Below are positions 10,422 through 19,425 of a DNA stretch of 64,000 nucleotides, piece by piece (the first letter of the stretch is position 1; each line of letters begins with the position of its first letter). Source of the stretch: Candidatus Acidiferrum sp. (lineage in GTDB: Bacteria; Verrucomicrobiota; Verrucomicrobiia; Limisphaerales; UBA11358); contig DATJOW010000053.1 in NCBI GenBank assembly GCA_035506715.1, forward strand, positions 21,904-85,903. Direction: 5' to 3'. The position numbers and the translations under genes were made by a program. The notes beneath the pieces are model-generated. The model worked only from the letters and a program-made list of their open reading frames with translations, made no database searches and had not been told where the DNA came from.

Positions 10422-11444
10422 TTAAAAATGAAGTTTGAGCAGGCCGACTTCGAGGGCCAAGGCTTCCTGCACGTTGGTGTGCAGCATTCGCTGGGTCTGT
10501 TCCAGGGTCTGCAAATTCTCCAATGCCTGCCGCGAAGTGATCCGTTGGGCAATCGCAGTTGGACCCGAAATCTCCGGGAATTTCAACTCCCCGCCCGCCG
10601 CCAGCGTGCGCAGCCACACATCGCGCAACCACCATTGCACCAGCAGCAGCGTCTCCGCGCGCCGGCGCCGATACTCCGCCTCGATGGCCGCCGCCAGCTC
10701 GTCCTCCCATTTTTCGCGCAGATCCCTTTCCACTTCCTCGTACTGCTGCAACGGCGAACGCGCGCTCAGGGTTTCCTCGACGTGGGCCCGGATTTCGCCG
10801 AGCCGCTGCAGCAGAACGTCGAGCAGCCGGTAGCGGCTGAGCAGGCTCTTCCGGCTGTCGGCTGCCAGGGCATCAAACCGGTTCAGCCAAGCGCGCTGTT
10901 CCGGCTCCAGGGGGCGGGCGTGATTGCCAAAGAAGTTCAGGCGCAGGCAGCGCGACACAATGGTTTCCAGCAAGCGCTGGGGCTCGGTGGAAAGTAAAAT
11001 CAAGACGGAACGGGCCGGCGGCTCCTCGAGCGTCTTCAAAAAAGCGTTGGCGGCCTGGGGATTAAGCCGGTCCGCGGCGGCGATAATGGCAATTTTGAAT
11101 CCGGCCTCGGTGGGCTTGAGCTGGATTTCGCGCATCAGCTCCCGCATCTGCTCGACGGTGATGACGCGCGATTTGGACTCGGGCCGCGCCCAGTGGACGT
11201 CGGCATGGGTGTCGTGGTCAATTTTGCGGCAGCTCAGACATTCATCGCAGCAATCGGTGGCGGCGCCGCCGGTTTTGACGGGTTTCCGGCAGTTCAGGGT
11301 TTTGGCCAGGGTCCGGGCAAGCGATTCCAGTTCCTCAAGATGATCGCCGGCGAGCAGGTAGGCGTGTCCGAGCCGCCCCCGCGCCAAGGAACGCTGGAGC
11401 AACTCGATGCCCTGCGTTTCATTTGCAAAATCCTGAAAAGCCAT
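10422..11444 (-). CDS. holB: DNA polymerase III subunit delta-prime
   Basis: Start trimmed to the ATG at 11444. GRLGHAYLLAGDHLEELESLARTLAKTLNC is followed by a Cys cluster (CCDECLSCRK) and an SRC motif (IVSRC). Confidence 0.8.
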   Translation of the reverse strand: MAFQDFANETQGIELLQRSLARGRLGHAYLLAGDHLEELESLARTLAKTLNCRKPVKTGGAATDCCDECLSCRKIDHDTHADVHWARPESKSRVITVEQMRELMREIQLKPTEAGFKIAIIAAADRLNPQAANAFLKTLEEPPARSVLILLSTEPQRLLETIVSRCLRLNFFGNHARPLEPEQRAWLNRFDALAADSRKSLLSRYRLLDVLLQRLGEIRAHVEETLSARSPLQQYEEVERDLREKWEDELAAAIEAEYRRRRAETLLLVQWWLRDVWLRTLAAGGELKFPEISGPTAIAQRITSRQALENLQTLEQTQRMLHTNVQEALALEVGLLKLHF

Positions 11445-11494
11445 GCGTGTCTGGCTGGATTGTGCGCGCCTCGAGCCGGGGGGCAAACAAAATT

Positions 11495-12817
11495 CTACTG
11501 GCCGGGGCGTTTTTTCCAATCGGTGTACCGTTCGAGCGCTCTCCGGGGCGCTTCGGTGTACCAGGAATAACCGTTCCGCCGTTCCTCCGAGATTTCATTC
11601 ACGTCGGCGTGAATGCTTTTGTCCCGGTCGCCGAAAATTGGCCGGTCCGTGCCGATTTCATAGTCGCGCGCCCATAGGGGTCCGCTGCCCGGCGCGGGCA
11701 CGAGTCGCCGTCCCGCTTCCGGGTCAAAGCGATACGCCCTGTCGTTGATACGGGTCTGGGCAAACCACGCCGCGGCGGCCTCGACCGCCGTCACAATTTC
11801 AGGACTGGGATTGGGTTGTCCCATGAGAAACATCATAAGTTCCGCGCTTTCGCTGCTGGCCTGGGAAGGCATCTCGTAGTTGCGAGCCGACGTGGGTTGC
11901 AGCGTCAAAGCGTCATGCTGCTGGCACCAGACCGTGCGCCGGCCACCCACGACAATTTGGGTGGCCAGCACGCAGGCGATTCCCCGCTGGAGGCTGGCAG
12001 CTGCGTGCATTCGGTATTTCTCCGGCACGAAGGCGTAGGCGCTGTTCGTTCCGGCAACCTCGCGCAACAGAGAAAGTACGTTGACCATGGCATTGTCGTT
12101 GTAGGTAATCGCGTCGTGATAGCCACCCTGTAGTGGCCAGACCTGGGGCCAGCCGCCGTTCGGATATTGGGCGGCAAAGATGTAATCCAAGCCTCGCAAG
12201 AAGGCCGCGCGATACGACGGCGGGGCGTTGGTTCCGGCCGCGGCGATGACCTTCGCCAGAAAGCGCAATTCGGCGATCGTCGCATTGTTGTCGAAGGTCC
12301 CGATATAGTCCCAATGGGCATCGCGCTGCAGGTCAAAGTCACCCGACCCCGCGTATCGCGAGTCATTGTTGGGAGCGAAGTATTCTCCCGGAGCGCGCGC
12401 GTGTTGCATCAAATCCAGATTCTTGCTCCAGCCACCGGCGGGCGTCTGAAAGGAAATGACTATGTCAGCGATCCGTCTGGCCTCGGCTCCGTCATACCAG
12501 GCCGGGGAGCGATCCAGCGGCAGGCTTCTTGCGGACCGACCGGAGGGTGGAACGATCGGTTGCCGGACGCCGTGCTGGCGCATTTCGGTCTCGAAAAACG
12601 CCTGATCCGCCTGCCGTTGCCGGATGGAACGCTGCAAATATTCCTTCCAGACGAATTGTTGGGCAGGCGGCAAAGCCGCAATGCGTTCGGCGGTGAGCGG
12701 CTGCGCCGGCTGATTGGTGCCGATGACCGCTGCCGACACACCAGGCGCAACCACGGCGGCCAGTCCGGTCCAGACCATCGCAAGCGAAGTGTGAAAAAGG
12801 CGCCGGATATCCTGCAT
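11495..12817 (-). CDS. secreted pectate lyase, PelA/Pel-15E (PL10)-like
   Basis: 440 aa with a signal peptide. TFDNNATIAELRFL and AAQYPNGGWPQVWPLQGGYHDAITYNDNAM match my recollection of PL10 signatures. Confidence 0.65.
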   Translation of the reverse strand: MQDIRRLFHTSLAMVWTGLAAVVAPGVSAAVIGTNQPAQPLTAERIAALPPAQQFVWKEYLQRSIRQRQADQAFFETEMRQHGVRQPIVPPSGRSARSLPLDRSPAWYDGAEARRIADIVISFQTPAGGWSKNLDLMQHARAPGEYFAPNNDSRYAGSGDFDLQRDAHWDYIGTFDNNATIAELRFLAKVIAAAGTNAPPSYRAAFLRGLDYIFAAQYPNGGWPQVWPLQGGYHDAITYNDNAMVNVLSLLREVAGTNSAYAFVPEKYRMHAAASLQRGIACVLATQIVVGGRRTVWCQQHDALTLQPTSARNYEMPSQASSESAELMMFLMGQPNPSPEIVTAVEAAAAWFAQTRINDRAYRFDPEAGRRLVPAPGSGPLWARDYEIGTDRPIFGDRDKSIHADVNEISEERRNGYSWYTEAPRRALERYTDWKKRPGQ

Positions 12818-12944
12818 ATTATCCGATTATTCGCCGACTGAAGGCATTTGCCGAGTATTTTGTCAATTAAAGCAAAACCGGGCGCCTGTCACGAATCTGG
12901 GCAGGCGGGTGGACGTGATGCCGCAATTCCGGAAGCGCTTTTCG

Positions 12945-14108
12945 TCACCGGCTATTCCACCACGTCCGGATGTCATCGGCCGCCTGGTGCGCGAGTGCAG
13001 GAATGCTTTGGACCGCGGCGCGCATTTCCGGAAAAAAATGGACGGCCAGCCATAGCAGGGTGGCCACCACCGCCAGCCAGACTATCGCGTCCAGCAGAAA
13101 AACGAAGGACCACGTCCACCTCGGCCGGCCCAGACTCCGATAGCACAAGCGGCGCGCCACTTTCAGTGGGCCCACGAGAATGCCGTAGGCGATGAGCAGC
13201 AGCAGCGCCGCAATCCACACCGGCACCTTGGCCGGCAGTATCAGGCCAAACAGGGCGCCAGTGGCCAGCAGTGAGATCAACGCGCAGATCCAGAAGACCA
13301 TGGCCGCGCCGTGCAGTATCGACAGCACCGGCAGCATGAAACCCATCCCGGGATAAACGGGAGCATGCTCCGTCCAATAACAATGCCAATTATACCGCCA
13401 TTGATCCGCGTGCGCGCGCATGTCCCGCTTGAACCGGCGTCGCCATTCGCGGCGCGCCTTACGGTCCGGGAAGCCCTTCATCGCTTCGTAGTACCCCGCT
13501 TTCGCACGTCGGATGTATTCCTGGGCCGTCGCGGGGAAACCCGAGGCCGCTGCTTTTTCCTCCGGCGAACGCGCTTCGGGCACCACAATCGCCATCACCA
13601 CATAGACGACCAGTCCCGATCCCCAAAGCAACGTCAAAAGGACGAAAGCCAGTCGCACCAGGGTTGGGTCAATGTTTACGTACGCGGCAATTCCGTTGCA
13701 GACGCCGGCGATCATCGCCCCCTCTTGAATCCGGTAAAGCCGTTTCGGCGTCCTGCCGGTTCCGGCGGATTGTTCTTCCCCTTTCGCCTCTTGTCCGGTC
13801 GTGCCGCCCGAGATGCCGGCAGGGGCTGCACCCGCATGTGTGGCTTCTCCCGGTTCCGCCTCAATCGGGCCCATCTCCGCGAGGACCGCGACTACTTCTT
13901 TCGTCTCCACCACCGTTTTGTGGCTGGCCAACCGGGTACGAAATTTTTCCGCAATCGCCCCTTCAATGTCCGAAAGAATTTCATCCCGGTCCGGATTGCC
14001 CTGCAGCCGCGCGGTCGCGGTCTCCAGATAGGCGCGCAGGGCATCGTAGCCGCCTTCCTCGAGTTGATAGGCGTTGCCGCCCAGATTGATGGTGATGACC
14101 TTGTTCAT
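12945..14108 (-). CDS. PspC domain-containing membrane protein
   Basis: 387 aa. The PspC motif is LYRIQEGAMIAGVCNGIAAYVNIDPTLVRLAFVLLTL, followed by several TM helices. It lies downstream of padR. Confidence 0.75.
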   Translation of the reverse strand: MNKVITINLGGNAYQLEEGGYDALRAYLETATARLQGNPDRDEILSDIEGAIAEKFRTRLASHKTVVETKEVVAVLAEMGPIEAEPGEATHAGAAPAGISGGTTGQEAKGEEQSAGTGRTPKRLYRIQEGAMIAGVCNGIAAYVNIDPTLVRLAFVLLTLLWGSGLVVYVVMAIVVPEARSPEEKAAASGFPATAQEYIRRAKAGYYEAMKGFPDRKARREWRRRFKRDMRAHADQWRYNWHCYWTEHAPVYPGMGFMLPVLSILHGAAMVFWICALISLLATGALFGLILPAKVPVWIAALLLLIAYGILVGPLKVARRLCYRSLGRPRWTWSFVFLLDAIVWLAVVATLLWLAVHFFPEMRAAVQSIPALAHQAADDIRTWWNSR

Positions 14109-14126
14109 GGCCGGATTGCCTCCGTT

Positions 14127-14453
14127 TTATTTTTGTCCCAACTTTTTAACCGTGCCGTTGATCTGGCTCCAATACTCCAGGGTTTCGCGCAGCTGTTCCT
14201 TTCCCTTCGCGGTCAGCTCGTAATATTTGCGCGGCGGGCCGGCTTCGGACTCCTTCCATTCGTAATCCAAGAGCCCCTCGCGGCGCAGCCGGCTCAGCAG
14301 CGGATACAGCGTGCCTTCCTGCGTGGCGAATTCGGTCGTACTGAGCTGTTTCAATATGTCCGCCGCATAGACCTTTTCCGCTGCAATAATCTGCAGCACG
14401 AGGAACTCGAGGAGTCCCTTGCGGATGGCGGAAAATTTTTCGTTCACGCTCAT
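14127..14453 (-). CDS. PadR family transcriptional regulator
   Basis: ATG at 14453; the ORF track start at 14465 is GTG. The winged-helix pattern is GLLEFLVLQIIAAEKVYAADI...GTLYPLLSRLRREGLL...RKYYELT. Confidence 0.85.
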   Translation of the reverse strand: MSVNEKFSAIRKGLLEFLVLQIIAAEKVYAADILKQLSTTEFATQEGTLYPLLSRLRREGLLDYEWKESEAGPPRKYYELTAKGKEQLRETLEYWSQINGTVKKLGQK

Positions 14454-14468
14454 GACCGTAACCACGCC

Positions 14469-14494
14469 AGCTACCTTTTTAGAGAAAGGTAGCT
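14469..14494. promoter_or_regulatory. perfect 10-bp inverted repeat (AGCTACCTTT-N6-AAAGGTAGCT) just upstream of padR
   Basis: Read directly from the sequence. It lies 16-41 nt upstream of the padR ATG and is a candidate PadR autoregulatory operator. On the + strand it is followed by TTTTT, so a terminator-like hairpin is an alternative reading. Confidence 0.4.
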
Positions 14495-14890
14495 TTTTAT
14501 CAAATCTGAGTCAAGGGAAAAATGGCGGCCTCTACTAAGCGAAACGATGCGCGTGACAGATGATGCCGCCGTTGCACCGGCCTTCGCCCAGAAGCGACGG
14601 CCCGGCAGGTGGAAAATGGGGCCGCCCGGCGATGATGGCGCCGAGGAGTTCGAAGCAATTGCCGTGGTAGACGCGGACGAAAAAGTGTCGGAAGAAAAGT
14701 CGGGATGGGGTGCGATATTTTTGGAGGGCGGAGTCCAAGACCCCTCGAATCATTAAAGGAATTTGGGGCTCGCTGGCGCTTTTTTCGCACGCCGGGTCAA
14801 ATCCGATAAATTCCGGGCGGGTTGATCTCATCAGCGGATCAGATCAGGGCATTTTTAAGTGCGGACCGCTGACTGCTGCGTTTCACCGAG

Positions 14891-14929
14891 AAAAAATCCC
14901 AGCCAAACAGTATGCTCCGCTGGCTGGGA
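14891..14929 (-). terminator. rho-independent terminator downstream of the PEP-CTERM gene
   Basis: The minus-strand RNA forms a 9-bp stem (UCCCAGCCA / UGGCUGGGA) with a 15-nt loop, then UUUUUU. It lies about 200 nt after the stop at 15130. Confidence 0.6.
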
Positions 14930-15129
14930 CTTGAGGAATGAAGCTGCAGGTGGGATGACTGGCAGGCTGCATTGGTTTCAAGAACCATTACAATGCCCCA
15001 TGCAACCGCTGTGCCAAACGCCGTATTCGCTCAAATCCCTCCCTTTTCGGCCATTTCAAATCAGGGAGCGCGGGGCGGACTGAAGTTTTTTGCCCGGACC
15101 GGATAAAAACACGCACGGTCGACAGGCGG

Positions 15130-16047
15130 TCAATGTCGGCTTCGGCGCCGGAAGAACAGACCGGCGCCAACGGCCAGCAACGCCAAGGCCGAAGGTTCCG
15201 GCACGGGCAAGTTTTGACCTTGAATGGCCAGGCCGGTGGCATTGCCCAATCCGGTGGCAAACGTGCTTGGCGACCCGCCGGGCGTGATCTCGATGAGGTT
15301 ACCGCTCCCGTCATCCGCCACAAACAAATTGCCCGCGCTGTCAAAGGCCAGGTAATTGGGATCAAACAATCCCGTCACAAAAGTGCTTTCGACGCCGCCG
15401 GGGGTGATTTTGAGAACGCCGCCGTTGCCGGGGCCGGTTCCGCCGTACGTCACATAAAGGTCGCCCGAACTGCCAAAGGCCAGCGCAAAGGGCGCCACCA
15501 CGCCGGAGGCAAAGGTGCTGCGCGAGCCGCCGCTAGTGTATTCGTAGATATTTCCGCTGGCGTCCGAGGCAAATAAGATGCCGGCGGTGTTAAAGGCCAG
15601 TGCTCCCGGGTGATCCAAACCCGAGGCGAAGGTGGTGCGCGAGCCGCCCGGAGTGAACTCATAAAGGTTGCCGGCGTAGTAATCCGCCGCGAAGAGATTC
15701 CCGGCTTTGTCGAATGCCAGTGAATTGATGTCGCCCATGCCGGAGGCAAAGACGGTCAGGGTTCCGCCGGGCGTGATTTTATAGATGGCGCCATCGAAGG
15801 AATCCCCCACAAACAAATTGCCGGCACCGTCAAAAGCCAATCCTTCCGGCTCACCCAGTCCGCCTGAGTAAAAGGTGCTTTGTACTCCACCGGGCGTAAA
15901 TTCATAGATAGCGCCGGGGTAATACCAGTTGGCCACAAAAATATTCTGAGCGGGCGCACGAACGCCGGCGAGCAGGGTGGCGGCGCCAACCGCGCCGACC
16001 AAGGATTGACACACGACACGAATAATGGAATTGGATTTGGTTTTCAT
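15130..16047 (-). CDS. six-bladed NHL-like beta-propeller repeat protein with PEP-CTERM sorting signal
   Basis: It has a signal peptide and six units of about 40 aa (consensus IYEFTPGG.(S/R).TFASGL..P.GLAFD.AGNLFVAD). The C-terminus is VPEPSALALLAVGAGLFFRRRSRH. Confidence 0.8.
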   Translation of the reverse strand: MKTKSNSIIRVVCQSLVGAVGAATLLAGVRAPAQNIFVANWYYPGAIYEFTPGGVQSTFYSGGLGEPEGLAFDGAGNLFVGDSFDGAIYKITPGGTLTVFASGMGDINSLAFDKAGNLFAADYYAGNLYEFTPGGSRTTFASGLDHPGALAFNTAGILFASDASGNIYEYTSGGSRSTFASGVVAPFALAFGSSGDLYVTYGGTGPGNGGVLKITPGGVESTFVTGLFDPNYLAFDSAGNLFVADDGSGNLIEITPGGSPSTFATGLGNATGLAIQGQNLPVPEPSALALLAVGAGLFFRRRSRH

Positions 16048-16371
16048 AGGGTTTCACAGCTCCTGTTTTTTCTGACTAATCAACTCCAACCCTACGCCGC
16101 CGGCCATGGTTTGCCTATCCCAAGTTATTCACATTCCGGCGTGCGCGACTTGGAAGACCTAAACCGCCAAGACGCCAAAAGCGCCAAGGTATGGCGATGG
16201 CTTAATCAGGTTGTTGCACGGTCGAGCCTCCGGCTGGACGGGTTGGGCCGGACGCTCAGCGAATCATCGAATTCATCCGGCACCAAAGTTTCCAGCCGCG
16301 GAGGCAGATGGAAGGACCGGGCTGTTCCGCTGCGACTTGCCAGCCGGAACATCGATTGCTAGTGTCGGCCG

Positions 16372-17076
16372 ATGGCCTCAACGGGAAACAAATCCGGGAC
16401 GGCGGTCCGGGCTCTGCGATGGGTGAGTTGGATGGCATTGGCGGCGCTGCTGACGGGTTGCGTCGCGTCAAGTTACCGGATGACGCTGGCGCTGGAGCCG
16501 AGCGTGCAAGATCCCTTGCGCGGGGTCCCCAAGGCTTCCGTGGCCTTGGGCCGTTTCAGGGATTCACGGACGGACGCGGCCTGGTACGTGTTGCTGTACA
16601 AGCCGAACGCGCCCAATTTTCTCAAGCCCACCGAACTGGCCTGGCTCAAGACCAACTCGGTGGCGGGCGTGCTGCGCGATGGCGCAGCCGAGGCGCTGGG
16701 ACAGAACGGCTTTAAAACCATCGGCGGGCCGTCGGACACATTCCACAACGGCCTGACGGCGGCCATCGAACGGAGCGAGTTCAAAGCCGATCCGGTTGCG
16801 TCTTACCTGCTGTGCGGCGATATCAAGTCAGCCGGCTGCCGCAACATCCAGCGGCTCTTTGCCCATTCCATCATCAAAACGTGGTTGACGGTCCGGTTCG
16901 ACCTGGTGAACCAGGCGGACCGCTTGACGGTCTGGCACGATACTTATACCGGGCAGACCACGATGACGAATCATAGCGGAGGCGAGTTTCTGGCGATTGC
17001 CTTCGCCGCCGCATCCGACGATGTCATGCGTCAACTGGTGACGGACCGGACGTTCCGGAGCTATTTCGAGCCATGA
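16372..17076 (+). CDS. lipoprotein of unknown function (paralog 1)
   Basis: The lipobox is LLTGC. It shares a C-terminal pattern with the next gene (TWLTVRFDLVNQADRLTVWHDTYTGQTT...VTDRTFRSYFEP). Its stop overlaps the next start (ATGA at 17073). Confidence 0.6.
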   Translation: MASTGNKSGTAVRALRWVSWMALAALLTGCVASSYRMTLALEPSVQDPLRGVPKASVALGRFRDSRTDAAWYVLLYKPNAPNFLKPTELAWLKTNSVAGVLRDGAAEALGQNGFKTIGGPSDTFHNGLTAAIERSEFKADPVASYLLCGDIKSAGCRNIQRLFAHSIIKTWLTVRFDLVNQADRLTVWHDTYTGQTTMTNHSGGEFLAIAFAAASDDVMRQLVTDRTFRSYFEP

Positions 17077-17723
17077 AAACCAAATTGTTCCATGTCCTGA
17101 TGAAGGACCCAAGGATTCGCGCGATCATCTGCATCGGGCTGGCCGGGCTGGCGACCGGCTGCGTGTTTATGCGAAAGCCCGTCACGCTGACGCTCGCTCC
17201 GCCGGCGGGCCAGCCCTTGCCGGCGGGGAGCAAGGCATCGCTGGCTTTGGGCGAGTTCAAAGACACGCGGCTGGTCACGGACGGATTTGTGCTGGTGCAG
17301 GATGAAAATGCCTATGGCCCGACTGAAGGCGCGTTCGTGACGGAGAAACCAGTGGCCGAACTCTTCCGCGATGGTTTGCGGTCCGCGCTGGAACAGGACG
17401 GCTTCCCGATCACCCAACCCGCGCCATATGAACTGCGCGGGAACCTCCAATCATCCGGGGTCAGGGTGATCGAGGGATTCATGTTCCCCCGGGAGATCAA
17501 ATTCTGGCTCACGGCCCGGTTTGACTTGGTGGATTCGGCGACGGGCCTTACGGTCTGGCACGACACCTACACCGGGCAGAACACGACGACAAATCTGACG
17601 TGGAACAGGAAGATGTTCGTTGTGCCCGCGTGCTCGAACATGCTCGTCAATACGATTACCCAACTGGTGTCGGACCGGATGTTCCGCAGATATTTCGAAC
17701 CACAGCCAACCAACGCTCCGTAA
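17073..17723 (+). CDS. lipoprotein of unknown function (paralog 2)
   Basis: The lipobox is LATGC. FWLTARFDLVDSATGLTVWHDTYTGQNT...VSDRMFRRYFEP parallels the upstream gene. Confidence 0.6.
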   Translation: MKTKLFHVLMKDPRIRAIICIGLAGLATGCVFMRKPVTLTLAPPAGQPLPAGSKASLALGEFKDTRLVTDGFVLVQDENAYGPTEGAFVTEKPVAELFRDGLRSALEQDGFPITQPAPYELRGNLQSSGVRVIEGFMFPREIKFWLTARFDLVDSATGLTVWHDTYTGQNTTTNLTWNRKMFVVPACSNMLVNTITQLVSDRMFRRYFEPQPTNAP

Positions 17724-17806
17724 AGGGCCAATCGGGAGCAGCGGGAATTAATTCCGAACGCACACACACAACACTGGGGGGAGAAGGGGGAACTCGTACC
17801 AGAAGC

Positions 17807-17893
17807 TGGTGCCGACGGAGGGGGTCGAACCCACACACTCTCACGAGTACCAGATTTTGAGTCTAGCGCGTCTGCCAATTCCGCCACGTCGGC
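17807..17893 (-). tRNA. tRNA-Leu (anticodon CAA), class II with long variable arm, CCA encoded
   Basis: The reverse complement reads GCCGACG-TG-GCGGAATTGGCAGACGC-G-CTAGA-CTCAAAA-TCTGG-(long variable arm)-GTGGG-TTCGACC-CCCTC-CGTCGGC-A-CCA. The acceptor stem is a perfect 7 bp. The T stem has one U-U mismatch. Confidence 0.9.
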
Positions 17894-18044
17894 AACCGTG
17901 CGCCAATATATTTCACCCGGCCCTGAAGTAAACAAGTTTCCGTCTGACGCCATCAAGGAAGGCGCTGTTCATGGAGGGAATAAGAGCTTGAACTAATGTG
18001 AATCCGGGTCGGAACTGGCATGGGATGTGCACTTTTCACCGCCC

Positions 18045-18380
18045 ATGACCCAGCAAAAAAAGGTCCCGGACCTCAAGGGACGAATCGCCCGGGTGGTCGG
18101 CGCAATTTTGCTCGCCACCCTGTCCGTTCCTCCTGTTCGCCGGATGCTCGGCTCGCTGGGTTCCCTGGTGCTGCCGTTGACATGGCTGATTGCCTCCGGC
18201 TCGCTGGGCTATGGCATTTACCGGCTGGCGCACGGGAATGGGACAACGGAGACAAACCCGGAGAACCCGTTTACCGAGCCAAAACCGGAACAAGAACCGG
18301 CCTGGACCGATGACGAATCCGACAGAACCCTCGAACTCTTCGGTCCCACCCTGCGGCGCCGGTATCCCTGGCGGCATTGA
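18045..18380 (+). CDS. small hypothetical membrane protein
   Basis: ATG at 18045. Two hydrophobic segments (VVGAILLATLSV, LVLPLTWLIASGSLGYGIY) precede an acidic tail. No family recognised; weak call. Confidence 0.35.
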   Translation: MTQQKKVPDLKGRIARVVGAILLATLSVPPVRRMLGSLGSLVLPLTWLIASGSLGYGIYRLAHGNGTTETNPENPFTEPKPEQEPAWTDDESDRTLELFGPTLRRRYPWRH

Positions 18381-18806
18381 ACCTGGCGGGTCGGAATTTC
18401 CTTAATCGAGCGTTCGCCACTGTGGAAAACTCTTCGCGAGCGATTGATCTGGAGGAGGTTTAAATCGACGGGTTTCCGGCCAAAGGACGCAATCAAGCTC
18501 CCGCCAAAGTCAAATATCGGATTCAGGCAGTGGCATCAAATGACGGCCCATTTGTTTTGGGGGAGCCGCAGTGAGTTGGCCGCTGCCCGAATCCGGTTGG
18601 TACTTCAGCATATCCAGTGCCGCGCCCGGGAATCCCATCGCCTTTTACCGAAAAATATTTTTGAGAACGGCATCCGCGCCGGGTGGCTCCGCAACCGACG
18701 TTCCCGCCGCAGTTTTGCTTTGCCTTTGGCAGCGGCAATGCCCCGGCGACGACAAAAAACGCCGGGGAGGATTCCTCTCCCGGCGCAGGGTCAATTGTGG
18801 CTGTTC

Positions 18807-19403
18807 TCAGAACCCGACAGACGCCTTTTCGCCCTGCTTGGTAATTTCCTTCTCCCCTTCCCAGACGGCCAGCCCGGTCTTGGGATCGGTCAGCGAGAGC
18901 TGAAAACTGTACGTGGACTGGCTGGTGCTGCCGCTGCGCGCGATGGTTTGAATGATTTTGCCCGACAGGGTGAAGTCCGGCGTGCGGGTGGTCTTCTGGT
19001 CGGCTTTGAATTCCGCCTCCTGCTGGAGCCCTTTGGCCATCGGGTCCTCAGCGGTGCCGCCCAGGCCCATGGTGGTCGTGGTCATCGCCTTGCCGCTGTT
19101 CAAGAGGGCGACGCGGATTTTCTTGGTGAGCAGGTCGGTGTCAATCTGCGCACCGGTATTGTTCACGATGCGGCTGATGGCCAGCACCGCCGGCGGATTG
19201 GACACCTTGTCGAGCGCCCCGGACGCGAGCAACTCACCTGTCATCTTGTCGGCGGCCTGGATGTAATCCTGGATGTTGATGCTGTTGACGGACACGACGC
19301 TTTCGCGTCCGCCGGTTTGGATGTAATGGGCCTTGGTGGCGCAGCCGCCGGCGACAAACGGCAGCGCCGCGGCGAGGCAGGACCAGAGTAACGTTTTTTT
19401 CAT
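18807..19403 (-). CDS. LpoB-like (COG3417) outer-membrane lipoprotein
   Basis: Start trimmed to the ATG at 19403. The lipobox is VAGGC. AADKMTGELL...VLAISRIVNNTGAQIDTDLLTKKIRVALLNSGK and FQLSLTDPKTGLAVWEG parallel E. coli LpoB as I recall it. Confidence 0.7.
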   Translation of the reverse strand: MKKTLLWSCLAAALPFVAGGCATKAHYIQTGGRESVVSVNSINIQDYIQAADKMTGELLASGALDKVSNPPAVLAISRIVNNTGAQIDTDLLTKKIRVALLNSGKAMTTTTMGLGGTAEDPMAKGLQQEAEFKADQKTTRTPDFTLSGKIIQTIARSGSTSQSTYSFQLSLTDPKTGLAVWEGEKEITKQGEKASVGF

Positions 19404-19425
19404 GGCTAATTTCGGTTGGCGATGA

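Noticed and set aside
10399-10710. A 104-codon N-terminal extension of the O-antigen-ligase-like ORF. Similar extensions occur on the hisF, ribBA, SDR, LpoB-like, CsgG-like, lipoprotein and GNAT ORFs.
   Set aside because: The extensions overlap neighbouring genes or lack signal or fold features. Internal ATG starts give canonical N-termini (signal peptides, lipoboxes, conserved first motifs).
14495-15129. A gap of about 630 bp between padR and the PEP-CTERM gene, with several 70-100 codon ORFs on both strands.
   Set aside because: None of the ORFs has a recognisable motif, a start context or coding-like composition. Only the terminator at 14891-14929 is supportable. An ncRNA or a decayed gene cannot be excluded without covariance or expression data.
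16140-16200. The segment AACCGCCAAGACGCCAAAAGCGCCAAGG (translating as RQDAKSAK) resembles junk-ORF repeats seen in related phyla.
   Set aside because: There is a single short occurrence in the window with no second copy to compare. That is not enough to call a repeat.
17724-18380. tRNA-Leu as a possible integration hotspot for a genomic island.
   Set aside because: There is no integrase, no direct repeat of the tRNA 3' end, and no mobility genes on either side.
18381-18806. A gap of about 425 bp downstream of the LpoB-like gene, including the hairpin CCCCGGCG-N11-CGCCGGGG (18739-18766) and the 315-codon + strand ORF 18444-19391.
   Set aside because: The ORF is antisense to the LpoB-like gene and its product is Arg/Gly-rich. 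The hairpin lacks a following U-tract on either strand, so I do not call it a terminator.
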